Shown: one piece after another, positions 8,850 to 17,257 of the stretch
Layout of the letters: each line of letters opens with the position of its first letter
Position numbering within the stretch: the stretch's first letter is position 1
Source: a virus
Taxonomy: Duplodnaviria; Heunggongvirae; Uroviricota; Caudoviricetes
Virus record (IMG/VR): IMGVR_UViG_3300037042_007115
DNA length: 36,976 nucleotides
Reading direction: 5' to 3' (one strand)
Notes under the pieces: generated by a model
Databases searched by the model: none
What the model was told of the DNA's origin: nothing
Seen by the model: only the letters and a program-made list of their open reading frames with translations
Translations under genes and position numbers: made by a program

Positions 8850-9422
8850 TTATTCCCTGAGTCCTAATATTCCTGATAATGTCCCGCGTTTAGGTCTATT
8901 CATAGGATGGATAAGGTTTTTTTCTCTAAATACTTCATCAAAAACTTGGGGTGAGTGGGCTAGAGATTGACGTACTACACCAGTAAAACCTACTTGTTTT
9001 AAGGGTTCTCTAGTTTGTTCAATTACTCCTGCATCTCCGTGAGCTAGTACAATATACCCCCCGGGTTTAAGAAGTTTACGAACATTTTTGTAGGTTTCTA
9101 TATTTTCTGGGCGATTTCCTGCAAGAGAATTATGGCTGACTATTTTATTAAAAGACTTGTCTGGATAAGGTAGTTTTTTATTAAAGTCAACATTATATTT
9201 ATAATCCATATCATGGATTCTAGGAATAATTTCTTCTTCTATTACTTGTATCCCTTCTTCTTTCTTTTTTGGCCAGGTAGCACTTTTAAAAATACCCGCT
9301 ACTTTCCGAATAGTGCCCTCAATATACGTTTTATTTCTTGCATCTACACAGTGAGTAGCCTCACAATCGGGATTTCCCCCGGCACCTAAGTCTAAAACAG
9401 TATAGGTCATTTCATACCTCAA
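8850..9422 (-). CDS. Class I SAM-dependent methyltransferase (paralogue B)
   Basis: VLDLGAG motif I, VDFNKKLPYPDKSFNKIVSHNS, KLLKPGG. Confidence 0.85.
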   Translation of the reverse strand: MRYEMTYTVLDLGAGGNPDCEATHCVDARNKTYIEGTIRKVAGIFKSATWPKKKEEGIQVIEEEIIPRIHDMDYKYNVDFNKKLPYPDKSFNKIVSHNSLAGNRPENIETYKNVRKLLKPGGYIVLAHGDAGVIEQTREPLKQVGFTGVVRQSLAHSPQVFDEVFREKNLIHPMNRPKRGTLSGILGLRE

Positions 9423-9799
9423 AAAGGATATCCCACATAAGTGAAACCCTCTTCATCATGGATACGGCTCTTAAGAACGCCCTCTAAATAGGCTTCTGCA
9501 ACAAAATTTAACCTATCCTGACCATGAACCTGATTTATTCCAAGTATTAGGAGTTTTCTAGGAATTTTATTTCCTTGACTATTAAGTGCAGGAACTTGCT
9601 TTGAAATATACCCGTATTTCTGCATGAACCTCCTCTGGGTTCTCTCCAGGAAGGGGTCTGATGCATCCATGGGCCTGGACCCAATTACGTGGAAATTCCT
9701 TGCACTAGAATAGTCAACTTTGCTTGCACGAGCCTTTCTTCTGGCTTTCCGCTGTGCCGCCTGTTCAGCTTTTGTAGATTCTGCCACTCCTACCACCAA
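9419..9799 (-). CDS. Hypothetical protein with N-terminal Arg-rich motif
   Basis: KAEQAAQRKARRKARASK; exact start uncertain. Confidence 0.6.
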   Translation of the reverse strand: MVVGVAESTKAEQAAQRKARRKARASKVDYSSARNFHVIGSRPMDASDPFLERTQRRFMQKYGYISKQVPALNSQGNKIPRKLLILGINQVHGQDRLNFVAEAYLEGVLKSRIHDEEGFTYVGYPF

Positions 9800-9822
9800 A
9801 ACCTAAAAATAGTAGGATAGCC

Positions 9823-10068
9823 TCACTTAAGCATAGTCTGCATCTTTTTCGCTGCAGTAAGGGCTACCTTGGCTTCTCTGAGTGTAGTTTCAAGATCATG
9901 AATCAGGTCAGAGGCTTCTAAAGAATCCCTAATTCCAAACCTTCTTAGAACCATGCGGCTTTGATACTCCGCAGCTTTGGTAGCAGACTCAGTTGCTGCT
10001 GCAGCTGCATTGTGGTACTTCTGAAATCTCGCCCTTTCCTTCGTAGATAAATTTACATAAAGACCCAT
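9823..10068 (-). CDS. Small helical/coiled-coil protein, first gene of operon
   Basis: GGAG SD; TTTTTATA TATA box at about 10108-10115. Confidence 0.65.
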   Translation of the reverse strand: MGLYVNLSTKERARFQKYHNAAAAATESATKAAEYQSRMVLRRFGIRDSLEASDLIHDLETTLREAKVALTAAKKMQTMLK

Positions 10069-10171
10069 ATTGTGCGCTCCTTTAATATTAATACTAATAC
10101 GCTCAAGTATAAAAAGGAAGCCTATTTGTAATAAGATGGAATAAAAAAGAAAGTACTAACTTATGCTTAGT

Positions 10172-10774
10172 TTATACTGCTAGGGACATCAGTATAGGAG
10201 TGATATAGGCTTCAATAAATGCTGCTAAAAAAACTAGGGGAATGACCCAAGTTATTATAGCTCGGGCTGCTGGGTTCCATGCCTCTCTTAGGGGTGCGGT
10301 AGATAAATAGTCGGGGTTTCTGAAAAGCATTATGCCATAACCTGTACAGAGGAAGAATGCTCCTAGTTCTGGAACGCCATGAGGAAGTAATGCACTTAGG
10401 GCGTAGAGTAAATTATTCTGACTAGTTACAACTAAGATGACTGCCCCGGTAAGCATACCGAAAGAGATAATAGTCCCATAGATAACATACTTACCCCAGG
10501 CTTTCTGTACAGCGTAAGGTAAGAACATCACCAATAAACAGACTACTAAGTTGTTGAAGAAGAGGGCCAAAAGGTGCACTGTTGTGTCTCCTGACTTTGA
10601 GATTACATTAACTACAGCAATGCTGCTGGTAGTCTGAGATTGGTGGATAAAGTGCATTGCTAATCCAGCAAAAATAAGACAGGCTACTATTCCCACGAGA
10701 ATAGCTACCCCGAAAAGGATAATGCACTCTTTGGCAGCTTTTATATGTGCGGCTTTATCGTAGAAGTGTGTCAT
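10172..10774 (-). CDS. Stage II sporulation protein M (SpoIIM) family membrane protein
   Basis: LFFNNLVV, LLPHGVPEL, AAFIEAYITP motifs; about 5 TM helices. Confidence 0.88.
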   Translation of the reverse strand: MTHFYDKAAHIKAAKECIILFGVAILVGIVACLIFAGLAMHFIHQSQTTSSIAVVNVISKSGDTTVHLLALFFNNLVVCLLVMFLPYAVQKAWGKYVIYGTIISFGMLTGAVILVVTSQNNLLYALSALLPHGVPELGAFFLCTGYGIMLFRNPDYLSTAPLREAWNPAARAIITWVIPLVFLAAFIEAYITPILMSLAV

Positions 10775-10817
10775 GATATTGTAAACTAACTTGGGGTGTA
10801 ATACCTATTAAAGATAG

Positions 10818-11762
10818 TTAGAGCCAGCTTATTCCAAGAATAAAGCTGGAGATGACTAAACCTAGGATAGCTCCCCCGCAGAGGAAGGGTAGGCCTGGTA
10901 AGAGTTTGAACTTCTGTGGGTAACATTTGAGCATAACAAACATTACAGAGTAGGCAACTAAGATTCCTATGATAATACTTATAGTGATGGTGAAGTTATG
11001 TAGGATCTGTGTTGCTGATACTGCTAGGACAGTTGGAAATACTAAGTCACCAGTACCTAAGATCATGAAATTTTTCTTTCCGGCACACATGTCGACGGTG
11101 CTTTCAATATATGAGGTGCCTAGATCATATGGTAAAATAAACATACTAGGCAGTTTGAGATCTGAACTTCCTTGAGCCATATTTTTCATGAAATTTGTAC
11201 AGACTACAGCAATAAAGTCATAAGTACTAAAGAGACATAGGAGAATCATTGCAGGTACAAGACCCATAGAGGACCCTATTAAAGCGGAAATGCCAACGGC
11301 TACTAAAATAGATATAGCGTCGATGACCCAATACTCAGGGTAGAAATATTGTACAACAGTAATACCCAGAGCTAGAAATATTACTCCTATACCATAACTT
11401 CCAAGCGTACCCAATACTGCAGTAGTAATAGCTGCGAAGGTGACGCACAAAATTAAGAAGACACAACAAGAGACAATTACTCGGACGGCAACTTTAATTT
11501 CCTTGTGAAGGATCCAGCGTAAAAATCCCCCCATCAAAAGGCCGATTGCTAATGCTCCTCCCATTGCTATTAAGAAGGTTTGAACAGAATTTCCGATGTC
11601 TGATGGATTATCAAAGGGTTTTTGTAAGAGGGAACCTACTCCGTGCTCTTCTGGAGTTGAGGTAAAGGCCGGGGCAATTGCTATTGCTCCCAGTGCAACA
11701 ATACAAAACACTGCAATTATGATAGCCCACATAGTTGGTAGGCTGAGTTTAGTCTCTGGCAT
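10818..11762 (-). CDS. Presenilin-family (PSH) GxGD intramembrane aspartyl protease
   Basis: YD (STYDFIAV), LGTGD, PGLP (PAL-equivalent); about 9 TM helices; TATA box about 25 nt upstream of ATG (leaderless). Confidence 0.92.
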   Translation of the reverse strand: MPETKLSLPTMWAIIIAVFCIVALGAIAIAPAFTSTPEEHGVGSLLQKPFDNPSDIGNSVQTFLIAMGGALAIGLLMGGFLRWILHKEIKVAVRVIVSCCVFLILCVTFAAITTAVLGTLGSYGIGVIFLALGITVVQYFYPEYWVIDAISILVAVGISALIGSSMGLVPAMILLCLFSTYDFIAVVCTNFMKNMAQGSSDLKLPSMFILPYDLGTSYIESTVDMCAGKKNFMILGTGDLVFPTVLAVSATQILHNFTITISIIIGILVAYSVMFVMLKCYPQKFKLLPGLPFLCGGAILGLVISSFILGISWL

Positions 11763-11819
11763 AATTATTAATTGACGTCAAACCACTTAAAGCTTGACTA
11801 AAAAAGAGGGAAAATAGAA

Positions 11820-12056
11820 TTAAGTCTTTTTGGGCTTTTTAGCCGTGGCCTTCTTAGGCTTTTTAGCCGAAGTCTTGGGCTTCTTAGCTACATCCTTCTT
11901 GGCTGTCTTTTTTGCCTTGGTCTTCTTAGCCGTTACTTTCTTAACAGGCTGAGTTTTTTCCTTGAGCACTTCTTCATCGACAGGGAGTACTTTATCCATG
12001 TCGATTAGTTTCCCACAGTGGGGGCATTTGATTTTTGTCATGGTAGTTTCACCCAT
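11820..12056 (-). CDS. Histone-H1-like Lys/Ala/Pro-rich basic protein with N-terminal CPHC
   Basis: KKVTAKKTKAKKTAKKDVAKKPKTSAKKPKKATAKKPKKT tail; own promoter. Confidence 0.7.
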   Translation of the reverse strand: MGETTMTKIKCPHCGKLIDMDKVLPVDEEVLKEKTQPVKKVTAKKTKAKKTAKKDVAKKPKTSAKKPKKATAKKPKKT

Positions 12057-12083
12057 ACTCCAGGAGAATAAACCTGGGTATTG

Positions 12084-12098
12084 GTATAAATAGCTTTT
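12084..12098 (-). promoter_or_regulatory. Archaeal BRE + TATA promoter
   Basis: Minus strand AAAAGCTATTTATAC about 28 nt upstream of ATG 12056. Confidence 0.65.
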
Positions 12099-12126
12099 AG
12101 TTGTGCCTCTATTTAAAGGTTGGCTT

Positions 12127-12166
12127 AAAAAAAGAGATTAAGTCTTAGAGAGGGAAGGAGCCCTCT
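12127..12166 (-). terminator. Hairpin plus T7 tract terminator
   Basis: AGAGGG/CCCTCT stem (12149-12166), then TTTTTTT on the minus strand, downstream of the 536-aa ORF. Confidence 0.45.
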
Positions 12167-12198
12167 AAACTAGCTAAGATGGGCTCCTCAAACAAATT

Positions 12199-13809
12199 TT
12201 ATTTCTTCCTCAAGCTTTTGGCACTGGGTCCCTTCTGCGGGGCCCTTTTATCAATCTTAGACTCACCCTTCTTCTCTGTTTTATGTGTGGACCTTTCCTT
12301 TTCAGGTTCAGCCGGCTCTTTTTTGACCTTTCTCTTTGGAGCCGGTGCTTCTACAACAGGTTCTGGTTTAACTCTGCGGGGTGATAATGCTGTGAGCTCG
12401 TTGAACCCCGAATCAACCCGGGGGAGAATTTCATTAATTCTTGGTGGGCGATAAGTTACAGGTCCTACTGGCCCAGTCTTGCGCATCTCTGGGTGGATAA
12501 ACTTGGGAGCAATATCTTTGAAACTGGGCATCTTAAAAACTACTGGCCCGGTAGCTTTCTTCTTTTCTGGCCCGGCTGATTCAATAATAGGAGAAATATC
12601 CTTGAAGCTTGGTATTTTATATACTACTGGGCCTCTAGGCTTCTTAGGGCAACTAGGCTCATCTTCGGGGCATTCTTGTTGCCTGGGTTTCTTACCAGAA
12701 GTCATAAACTTGGGCATAAGTGACTCTATACTTGGGGGAGAATAACTTACTCTCCGGGGAGTCTGCCTAACTGCGCGGGGCTCTTCCTCATCTTCATAGT
12801 CTGGTTGCCGAGGCTTTCTCCGGTTCATTTCTGGAAACATTTCAGCATCTGAAAGAATTCTTACCTGGGGAATTCTTACATTCATGTTCTGATCTTCGGG
12901 TGTCCTTATCCTTCTGGTTCCTGACCCGGATGAACTCCCCTGTGCCGGCCTAGGAGCTCTTCGCTGAGGGGGTTCATAGTCCTCTTCATCTGGATCAAAT
13001 ATTGCATCCTCATCTAAGTCTACCCCACGAGCATATCCAGCCTGGCGCTTGGGGTTAGGATAAATGCTTGCATCAGCTAAGAATCGGCCCCCCCTCTGCA
13101 TCTTCTCTGAAAACTCTTGTGAAATAAGGGGGTCTTTAGTAAGCTTTTTGCTTCTTTGTTCTTGTTCACCCGCTTCAATAACCTCATTCATATCTCCTGC
13201 TTGACCTTCTACAGATCCATATAATTTAAAATCTTGGATCGCTTGCTGGGCCATGTCCCTTTCAGCAACCTGACTCGGGTTAAAGACTATGTAGTGGTCG
13301 TTGTCCAACCAATATCGCTTAACTCCGCCTTTAACACTATAGTCTTCCCGAAGACCAGAGGTAGCAGCACGTTTTTCCTTATATTCAGTTATGGCCTCCC
13401 CGGCTGCCCGGCCACTATCTCTGATTACTTTACTAGCAACTTTACCTCCAGCTTTTAAACCTTTACCCGCTGCTTGACCTACTATCCCAGCAGCTTTTCC
13501 CCCGGCCTTTAAACCAATTCCGGCAGCCTGGCTGACTACTCCAGCAGCTTTTCCCCCGGCCTTTAAACCAATTCCGGCAGCCTGGCTGACTACTCCCGCT
13601 GCTTGAACAGCCTTTCCCCCCAATTTTCCAAGGGAAGAAGCTAATCTTGAACCCAAACCCGGTCCCTTAGCTCTCTGTTCTGTTGGCGATTCTTCTGGGT
13701 CCCGGGTAGACTGTCTTTTTGATTCATCTTGAGTATTCCATCCTTCTAAACCAAAAAGTGGGTCTTTTCCCTGGATTGTATTAAGTTCTCTCTGTTGTTC
13801 TTGTGTCAT
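12199..13809 (-). CDS. Large, mostly low-complexity/disordered protein with internal repeats
   Basis: GGTGA SD; Ala/Gly 18-aa repeats; acidic and Pro/Arg-rich tracts; four PxIxxIxP-type motifs. Confidence 0.8.
   Translation of the reverse strand: MTQEQQRELNTIQGKDPLFGLEGWNTQDESKRQSTRDPEESPTEQRAKGPGLGSRLASSLGKLGGKAVQAAGVVSQAAGIGLKAGGKAAGVVSQAAGIGLKAGGKAAGIVGQAAGKGLKAGGKVASKVIRDSGRAAGEAITEYKEKRAATSGLREDYSVKGGVKRYWLDNDHYIVFNPSQVAERDMAQQAIQDFKLYGSVEGQAGDMNEVIEAGEQEQRSKKLTKDPLISQEFSEKMQRGGRFLADASIYPNPKRQAGYARGVDLDEDAIFDPDEEDYEPPQRRAPRPAQGSSSGSGTRRIRTPEDQNMNVRIPQVRILSDAEMFPEMNRRKPRQPDYEDEEEPRAVRQTPRRVSYSPPSIESLMPKFMTSGKKPRQQECPEDEPSCPKKPRGPVVYKIPSFKDISPIIESAGPEKKKATGPVVFKMPSFKDIAPKFIHPEMRKTGPVGPVTYRPPRINEILPRVDSGFNELTALSPRRVKPEPVVEAPAPKRKVKKEPAEPEKERSTHKTEKKGESKIDKRAPQKGPSAKSLRKK
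13487..13594. repeat. Perfect 54-nt tandem duplication within CDS (18-aa unit AAGVVSQAAGIGLKAGGK)
   Basis: ccagcagcttttcccccggcctttaaaccaattccggcagcctggctgactact at 13487-13540 and 13541-13594; degenerate third copy immediately to the left. Confidence 0.95.
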
Positions 13810-13812
13810 AGT

Positions 13813-14157
13813 TCACCCACACTGGTAGCTATCTAGATATGGACGCTTTCCTGCTAGATACTCTTCTACCTGCTTCTTCATAATTTTTAAATCCGCAGTT
13901 TCCCAATCTGTCATGTTTAATAGGCAAAGATCCTTAGCTGGTACACAGCGTTCTATATTTCCACCGCTGCAACCATCGGCACTGTGCCCAGACTTATAAA
14001 TCCCCCGCGGGTACTTCTTTGCCTTGTGTCTAGGGCCATACTCACCTATATCCTTTTCCTTTTTAGCCTGCATATCATTAATCCATTGCAGGAGTTTTTC
14101 CGGAGTTAATTTCCAGAGCATTCCCATCCATTCAAAGTAAATTCTTTGCTTTAGCAT
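13813..14157 (-). CDS. Hypothetical protein
   Basis: Operon-packed ORF with SD. Confidence 0.6.
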   Translation of the reverse strand: MLKQRIYFEWMGMLWKLTPEKLLQWINDMQAKKEKDIGEYGPRHKAKKYPRGIYKSGHSADGCSGGNIERCVPAKDLCLLNMTDWETADLKIMKKQVEEYLAGKRPYLDSYQCG

Positions 14158-14164
14158 AATCCAC

Positions 14165-14341
14165 CTAAATTTTTAGTACTACTGCTTGTAGTCCTCTTGC
14201 ATGAGCTTTTGCTTGTTCCTCAACTGCTGCCCTCTTTGTAGTAAAGCGCATATCCGGCTTAATGTAAATACCATTGAGGTATAGGGCCCATTTTAAAGGA
14301 GCCGGTCCTACCGCTTTAGGTTTCCTGTTACGACGAGGCAT
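14165..14341 (-). CDS. Small basic hypothetical protein (start re-assigned to MPRRNRK)
   Basis: ATG 14341 just after upstream stop at 14343; RFTTKRAA motif. Confidence 0.55.
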   Translation of the reverse strand: MPRRNRKPKAVGPAPLKWALYLNGIYIKPDMRFTTKRAAVEEQAKAHARGLQAVVLKI

Positions 14342-14342
14342 T

Positions 14343-14552
14343 TTATGTCCTTTTATTTGAAGTAATATCAACCCAGATAAAATACCTGAAGGTCGAGTTG
14401 GATTCTTTTGTTCCCGGCCTAATTGTATACCTAGCTCGAGTAAATCCCCCTGCTTTGATATCTTTTACTTCTTTTCTTGCAGAATGTAGGTTCTCCAAGG
14501 TAGCCCAAAGCTCATAAGTACGCTTTCCAAACTTTTTTTGTATAAGTGACAT
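14343..14552 (-). CDS. Small basic hypothetical protein
   Basis: GGGTGA SD; operon-packed. Confidence 0.6.
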   Translation of the reverse strand: MSLIQKKFGKRTYELWATLENLHSARKEVKDIKAGGFTRARYTIRPGTKESNSTFRYFIWVDITSNKRT

Positions 14553-14553
14553 A

Positions 14554-14856
14554 CTATTTCACCCTCTTTTTAACTAGATCAGGTTTTAAAGCTTCAAAGA
14601 ACTTCCTAGGGGTAAGCTTACCTCTATAAAAAATCTCATACTCTCGAGAACTAGCAGTAGTGGAATTAACTACTCTATGTACCCGGATAAAGGGATATTT
14701 ATCATCAGGCAAGGCAGTAATTTCAGTACGCGCCCTAGAGTAGCAAAAATACCCCGGGTAGTCCCAACTAAAGGTCCACCCATTGTAGTGTTTGTAGTCT
14801 TTCTCTAGCCCCCGGACTAACTGCTGAATTAGTAATTTATGTGACTCTGCAGACAA
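14554..14856 (-). CDS. Hypothetical protein
   Basis: Operon-packed with SD. Confidence 0.6.
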   Translation of the reverse strand: MSAESHKLLIQQLVRGLEKDYKHYNGWTFSWDYPGYFCYSRARTEITALPDDKYPFIRVHRVVNSTTASSREYEIFYRGKLTPRKFFEALKPDLVKKRVK

Positions 14857-14857
14857 T

Positions 14858-15232
14858 TTACTTCACTCCCACCAATTTTTGATAGTTTTTCCATGCTTCT
14901 TTGGATGGTGCAGCAAACTTTACACCATTTGCTCTGAGGTAACTCTTCAATTTCTCTACTAAAGGAGCATACTTGAGCGGTAGCCCTATCGCCATAGGAT
15001 AATGGCGAGAATATGACTTTGCTTTAGAATCAAAGGGTTCAACATAGTTAGGGCCTTGATAAATTTCTACCCCCCACATGCGTTCTGTTCTATGATAAGA
15101 GTTGTAAACATCAACTGTACGGTTAACCCCCAGCTCATAGTCATATATCTTTACCTCGGCAAAATCAGTTTCCTGCCCGCCACGATTCATATCCACCTGG
15201 ATATCACCAATAATTTTCCATTCGCCTGACAT
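14858..15232 (-). CDS. Hypothetical protein, LPxK[YF] motif family
   Basis: SRHYPMAIGLPLKYAPLVEKLK; TAATG coupling. Confidence 0.65.
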   Translation of the reverse strand: MSGEWKIIGDIQVDMNRGGQETDFAEVKIYDYELGVNRTVDVYNSYHRTERMWGVEIYQGPNYVEPFDSKAKSYSRHYPMAIGLPLKYAPLVEKLKSYLRANGVKFAAPSKEAWKNYQKLVGVK

Positions 15233-15507
15233 TATTTCACCTCAGTAATATATCCCCGGGCAAGAAGCCGGCTTAATTGTCTTTTAAGACTTGGTAACTC
15301 ATCCCCGGTTTCTCTTTCAAGGTAATTAAGATCTACTGCTCTACTTTTAGGAAACATTTCTAGGTAGGAAGCATCCACTCCGGCCCAAGTCTTATCTAAC
15401 TCTACAAGATCAATTTCATACTGGATAAACTTTTGACAAAGTTTCCCAAGAAGATGAAATTCTTGAAGTAATTTTATTCCAACCGGTGTAACCTTATACT
15501 TAACCAT
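15232..15507 (-). CDS. Hypothetical protein, possibly winged-helix-like
   Basis: LKRQLSRLLARGYI resembles a wHTH recognition helix plus wing; weak. Confidence 0.55.
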   Translation of the reverse strand: MVKYKVTPVGIKLLQEFHLLGKLCQKFIQYEIDLVELDKTWAGVDASYLEMFPKSRAVDLNYLERETGDELPSLKRQLSRLLARGYITEVK

Positions 15508-15508
15508 T

Positions 15509-15745
15509 CTATCTCCTTCCTAATGCTTTATCCAAAGCAATTTCTGAGTCAGTCACACTGAGCCACTGTGCCCGTAGCCGTTTGATGAGCCTCTCAAGTT
15601 GGGTAATTTTCTTGCCCATCTCCGCCTGGGTAATATCCCCAGAGTCTCTACGTTTAAAAGCTGTATCACTTACCTCTCTAAGCAAGCGATACATCTCCTT
15701 GCCCTCTGTAAAGAGTTCTTCTTTAGCTTCTTTTGCCCGGTCCAT
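15509..15745 (-). CDS. Small coiled-coil protein
   Basis: Operon-packed; heptad-like helices. Confidence 0.6.
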   Translation of the reverse strand: MDRAKEAKEELFTEGKEMYRLLREVSDTAFKRRDSGDITQAEMGKKITQLERLIKRLRAQWLSVTDSEIALDKALGRR

Positions 15746-15748
15746 AGA

Positions 15749-16201
15749 TTAGCTCCTATATTTAACCCGGCCTTTTAGGATTGATTCTTCCCAAGAATAA
15801 TTTACCGGGTTATTTTCCCAGAGCCTTATACCAACTTCCTTCCGTTTCTGTGTAAGCCACTCTGGCCAGGTCTTTGCAGTATCAGAGATTAATCCCTCTA
15901 TCGGGTGCTTACTATTAAGTGATACTACCCACCCATGTTGTTTGTGGTGCTTTACTAAATAAACTTGGTCTTTTACAATAATTTTACCGAAGCCGGTATT
16001 TTCATGCCCTAGGTAGACTGTTTGTGTCCGGCCCTTAAAAGCAGGAATATAACTAAAAGTCCCCTGGGAACCAAGTTTTCGTTCAAAAATTGTTTGTTTC
16101 GTGATGATCCTACTATGACCGATGAAAGCAAGGCCTAATGGATGCTTTATAAGCTGCCTCTTTATCCTTTGTTCATAGAGAGTAAGTTTTTCTGCCATCA
16201 T
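15749..16201 (-). CDS. Hypothetical protein
   Basis: GGTGA SD; operon-packed. Confidence 0.65.
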   Translation of the reverse strand: MMAEKLTLYEQRIKRQLIKHPLGLAFIGHSRIITKQTIFERKLGSQGTFSYIPAFKGRTQTVYLGHENTGFGKIIVKDQVYLVKHHKQHGWVVSLNSKHPIEGLISDTAKTWPEWLTQKRKEVGIRLWENNPVNYSWEESILKGRVKYRS

Positions 16202-16202
16202 T

Positions 16203-16451
16203 TCACCTATACTTTACCAAGATTCTTCGGACTTCTAACCAGGGTTTAGCTTTATGCCCCATTCCTTCTCCTTGATGGATAAGCTTTGTAATCTTTTGGA
16301 GATAGTATTCACTTACTCCGTCTTTGCGAAGCCCCCTGATGATGTCCTTAGTACCACTCATATAAAGTAGTACCAAGTCTTCATCAGACTCTAAGCACTT
16401 TAAGCAGAAGGCTACTGTAGGGCGGCGAGGCTTAATCTTCTTAATAACCAT
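16203..16451 (-). CDS. Small basic hypothetical protein
   Basis: TAATG coupling to upstream micro-ORF. Confidence 0.6.
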   Translation of the reverse strand: MVIKKIKPRRPTVAFCLKCLESDEDLVLLYMSGTKDIIRGLRKDGVSEYYLQKITKLIHQGEGMGHKAKPWLEVRRILVKYR

Positions 16452-16525
16452 TACCTTTTCCCCCCACCGGAATTTTCGCTTCTTCCCCCTCGTTTTTGAA
16501 TAATTTGCTTCGTTTTAGACACCAT
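16451..16525 (-). CDS. 24-aa basic micro-ORF MVSKTKQIIQKRGGRSENSGGGKR (not in ORF track)
   Basis: Exactly fills the gap; TAATG overlap at both ends; GGAGG SD. Confidence 0.6.
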   Translation of the reverse strand: MVSKTKQIIQKRGGRSENSGGGKR

Positions 16526-16800
16526 TATTTCCTCCCGGGGGTCAAACCAAAAACGGAATTAAAATAAGCTTCAAGGTCCCACTCTTGGCGAATACCCTGC
16601 TTGATAGTAGCACCGGAGATAGTAACTCCATCATGTGAGATTGATGCTACTCCATTTCTATCCAAAGCCTTCCGCTTCCAAAAGCCAAAAGCACCCCAAA
16701 TTGTAGGAAAGGTTACTTTTCTGTTAAATCTATTAGGCTTAACTAACCGCTGGTTAGTATATATGGCGTATTCTACAATAAATTTAGACAAGTCCCTCAC
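16525..16800 (-). CDS. Hypothetical protein
   Basis: GTGA overlap with upstream ORF. Confidence 0.6.
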   Translation of the reverse strand: MRDLSKFIVEYAIYTNQRLVKPNRFNRKVTFPTIWGAFGFWKRKALDRNGVASISHDGVTISGATIKQGIRQEWDLEAYFNSVFGLTPGRK

Positions 16801-16952
16801 CCGCTCATAGCGACAACTGCTTTAAAATTATTATGAGTTCTCAACCTTTTAATAAAAGCCTCACGGGCCTTGGTTGTGTCAAAGAACTGTTCCCTTTGAA
16901 CCAATTGGTCCTTAGTATTAAATTCGTGCCAGCGTACTCCGAATTGTGCCAT
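16797..16952 (-). CDS. 51-aa protein MAQFGVRWHEFNTK... (not in ORF track)
   Basis: GAGGT SD; fills gap; stop overlaps next GTG. Confidence 0.6.
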   Translation of the reverse strand: MAQFGVRWHEFNTKDQLVQREQFFDTTKAREAFIKRLRTHNNFKAVVAMSG

Positions 16953-16957
16953 TATAA

Positions 16958-17257
16958 TTACCTCAATGTAACTGTTACATCAGACAGGGGCCCATTTACA
17001 AGTTCTTCCCATACTGAGTCTTCAACATTCTCAAGCAAATCCGGACTAATCTTCCCCTTAAACATCTTCCTGGCAAGCTTTTGGCCCTCACTAGCAATAT
17101 CCTCATAAAAGGTTTCAGATAATATTTCTAAGACATCGCTTTCAGATATAGCATCTTTATAGGCCTTAAGCTTAAGTTTTGATAATTTTGCTTTTGGATA
17201 CATCTTCTTCCATTCAGCAATAACTTTTGCTACCAACTCTTTTTCAGTTAATACCAT
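16958..17257 (-). CDS. Hypothetical protein
   Basis: Operon-packed. Confidence 0.6.
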   Translation of the reverse strand: MVLTEKELVAKVIAEWKKMYPKAKLSKLKLKAYKDAISESDVLEILSETFYEDIASEGQKLARKMFKGKISPDLLENVEDSVWEELVNGPLSDVTVTLR

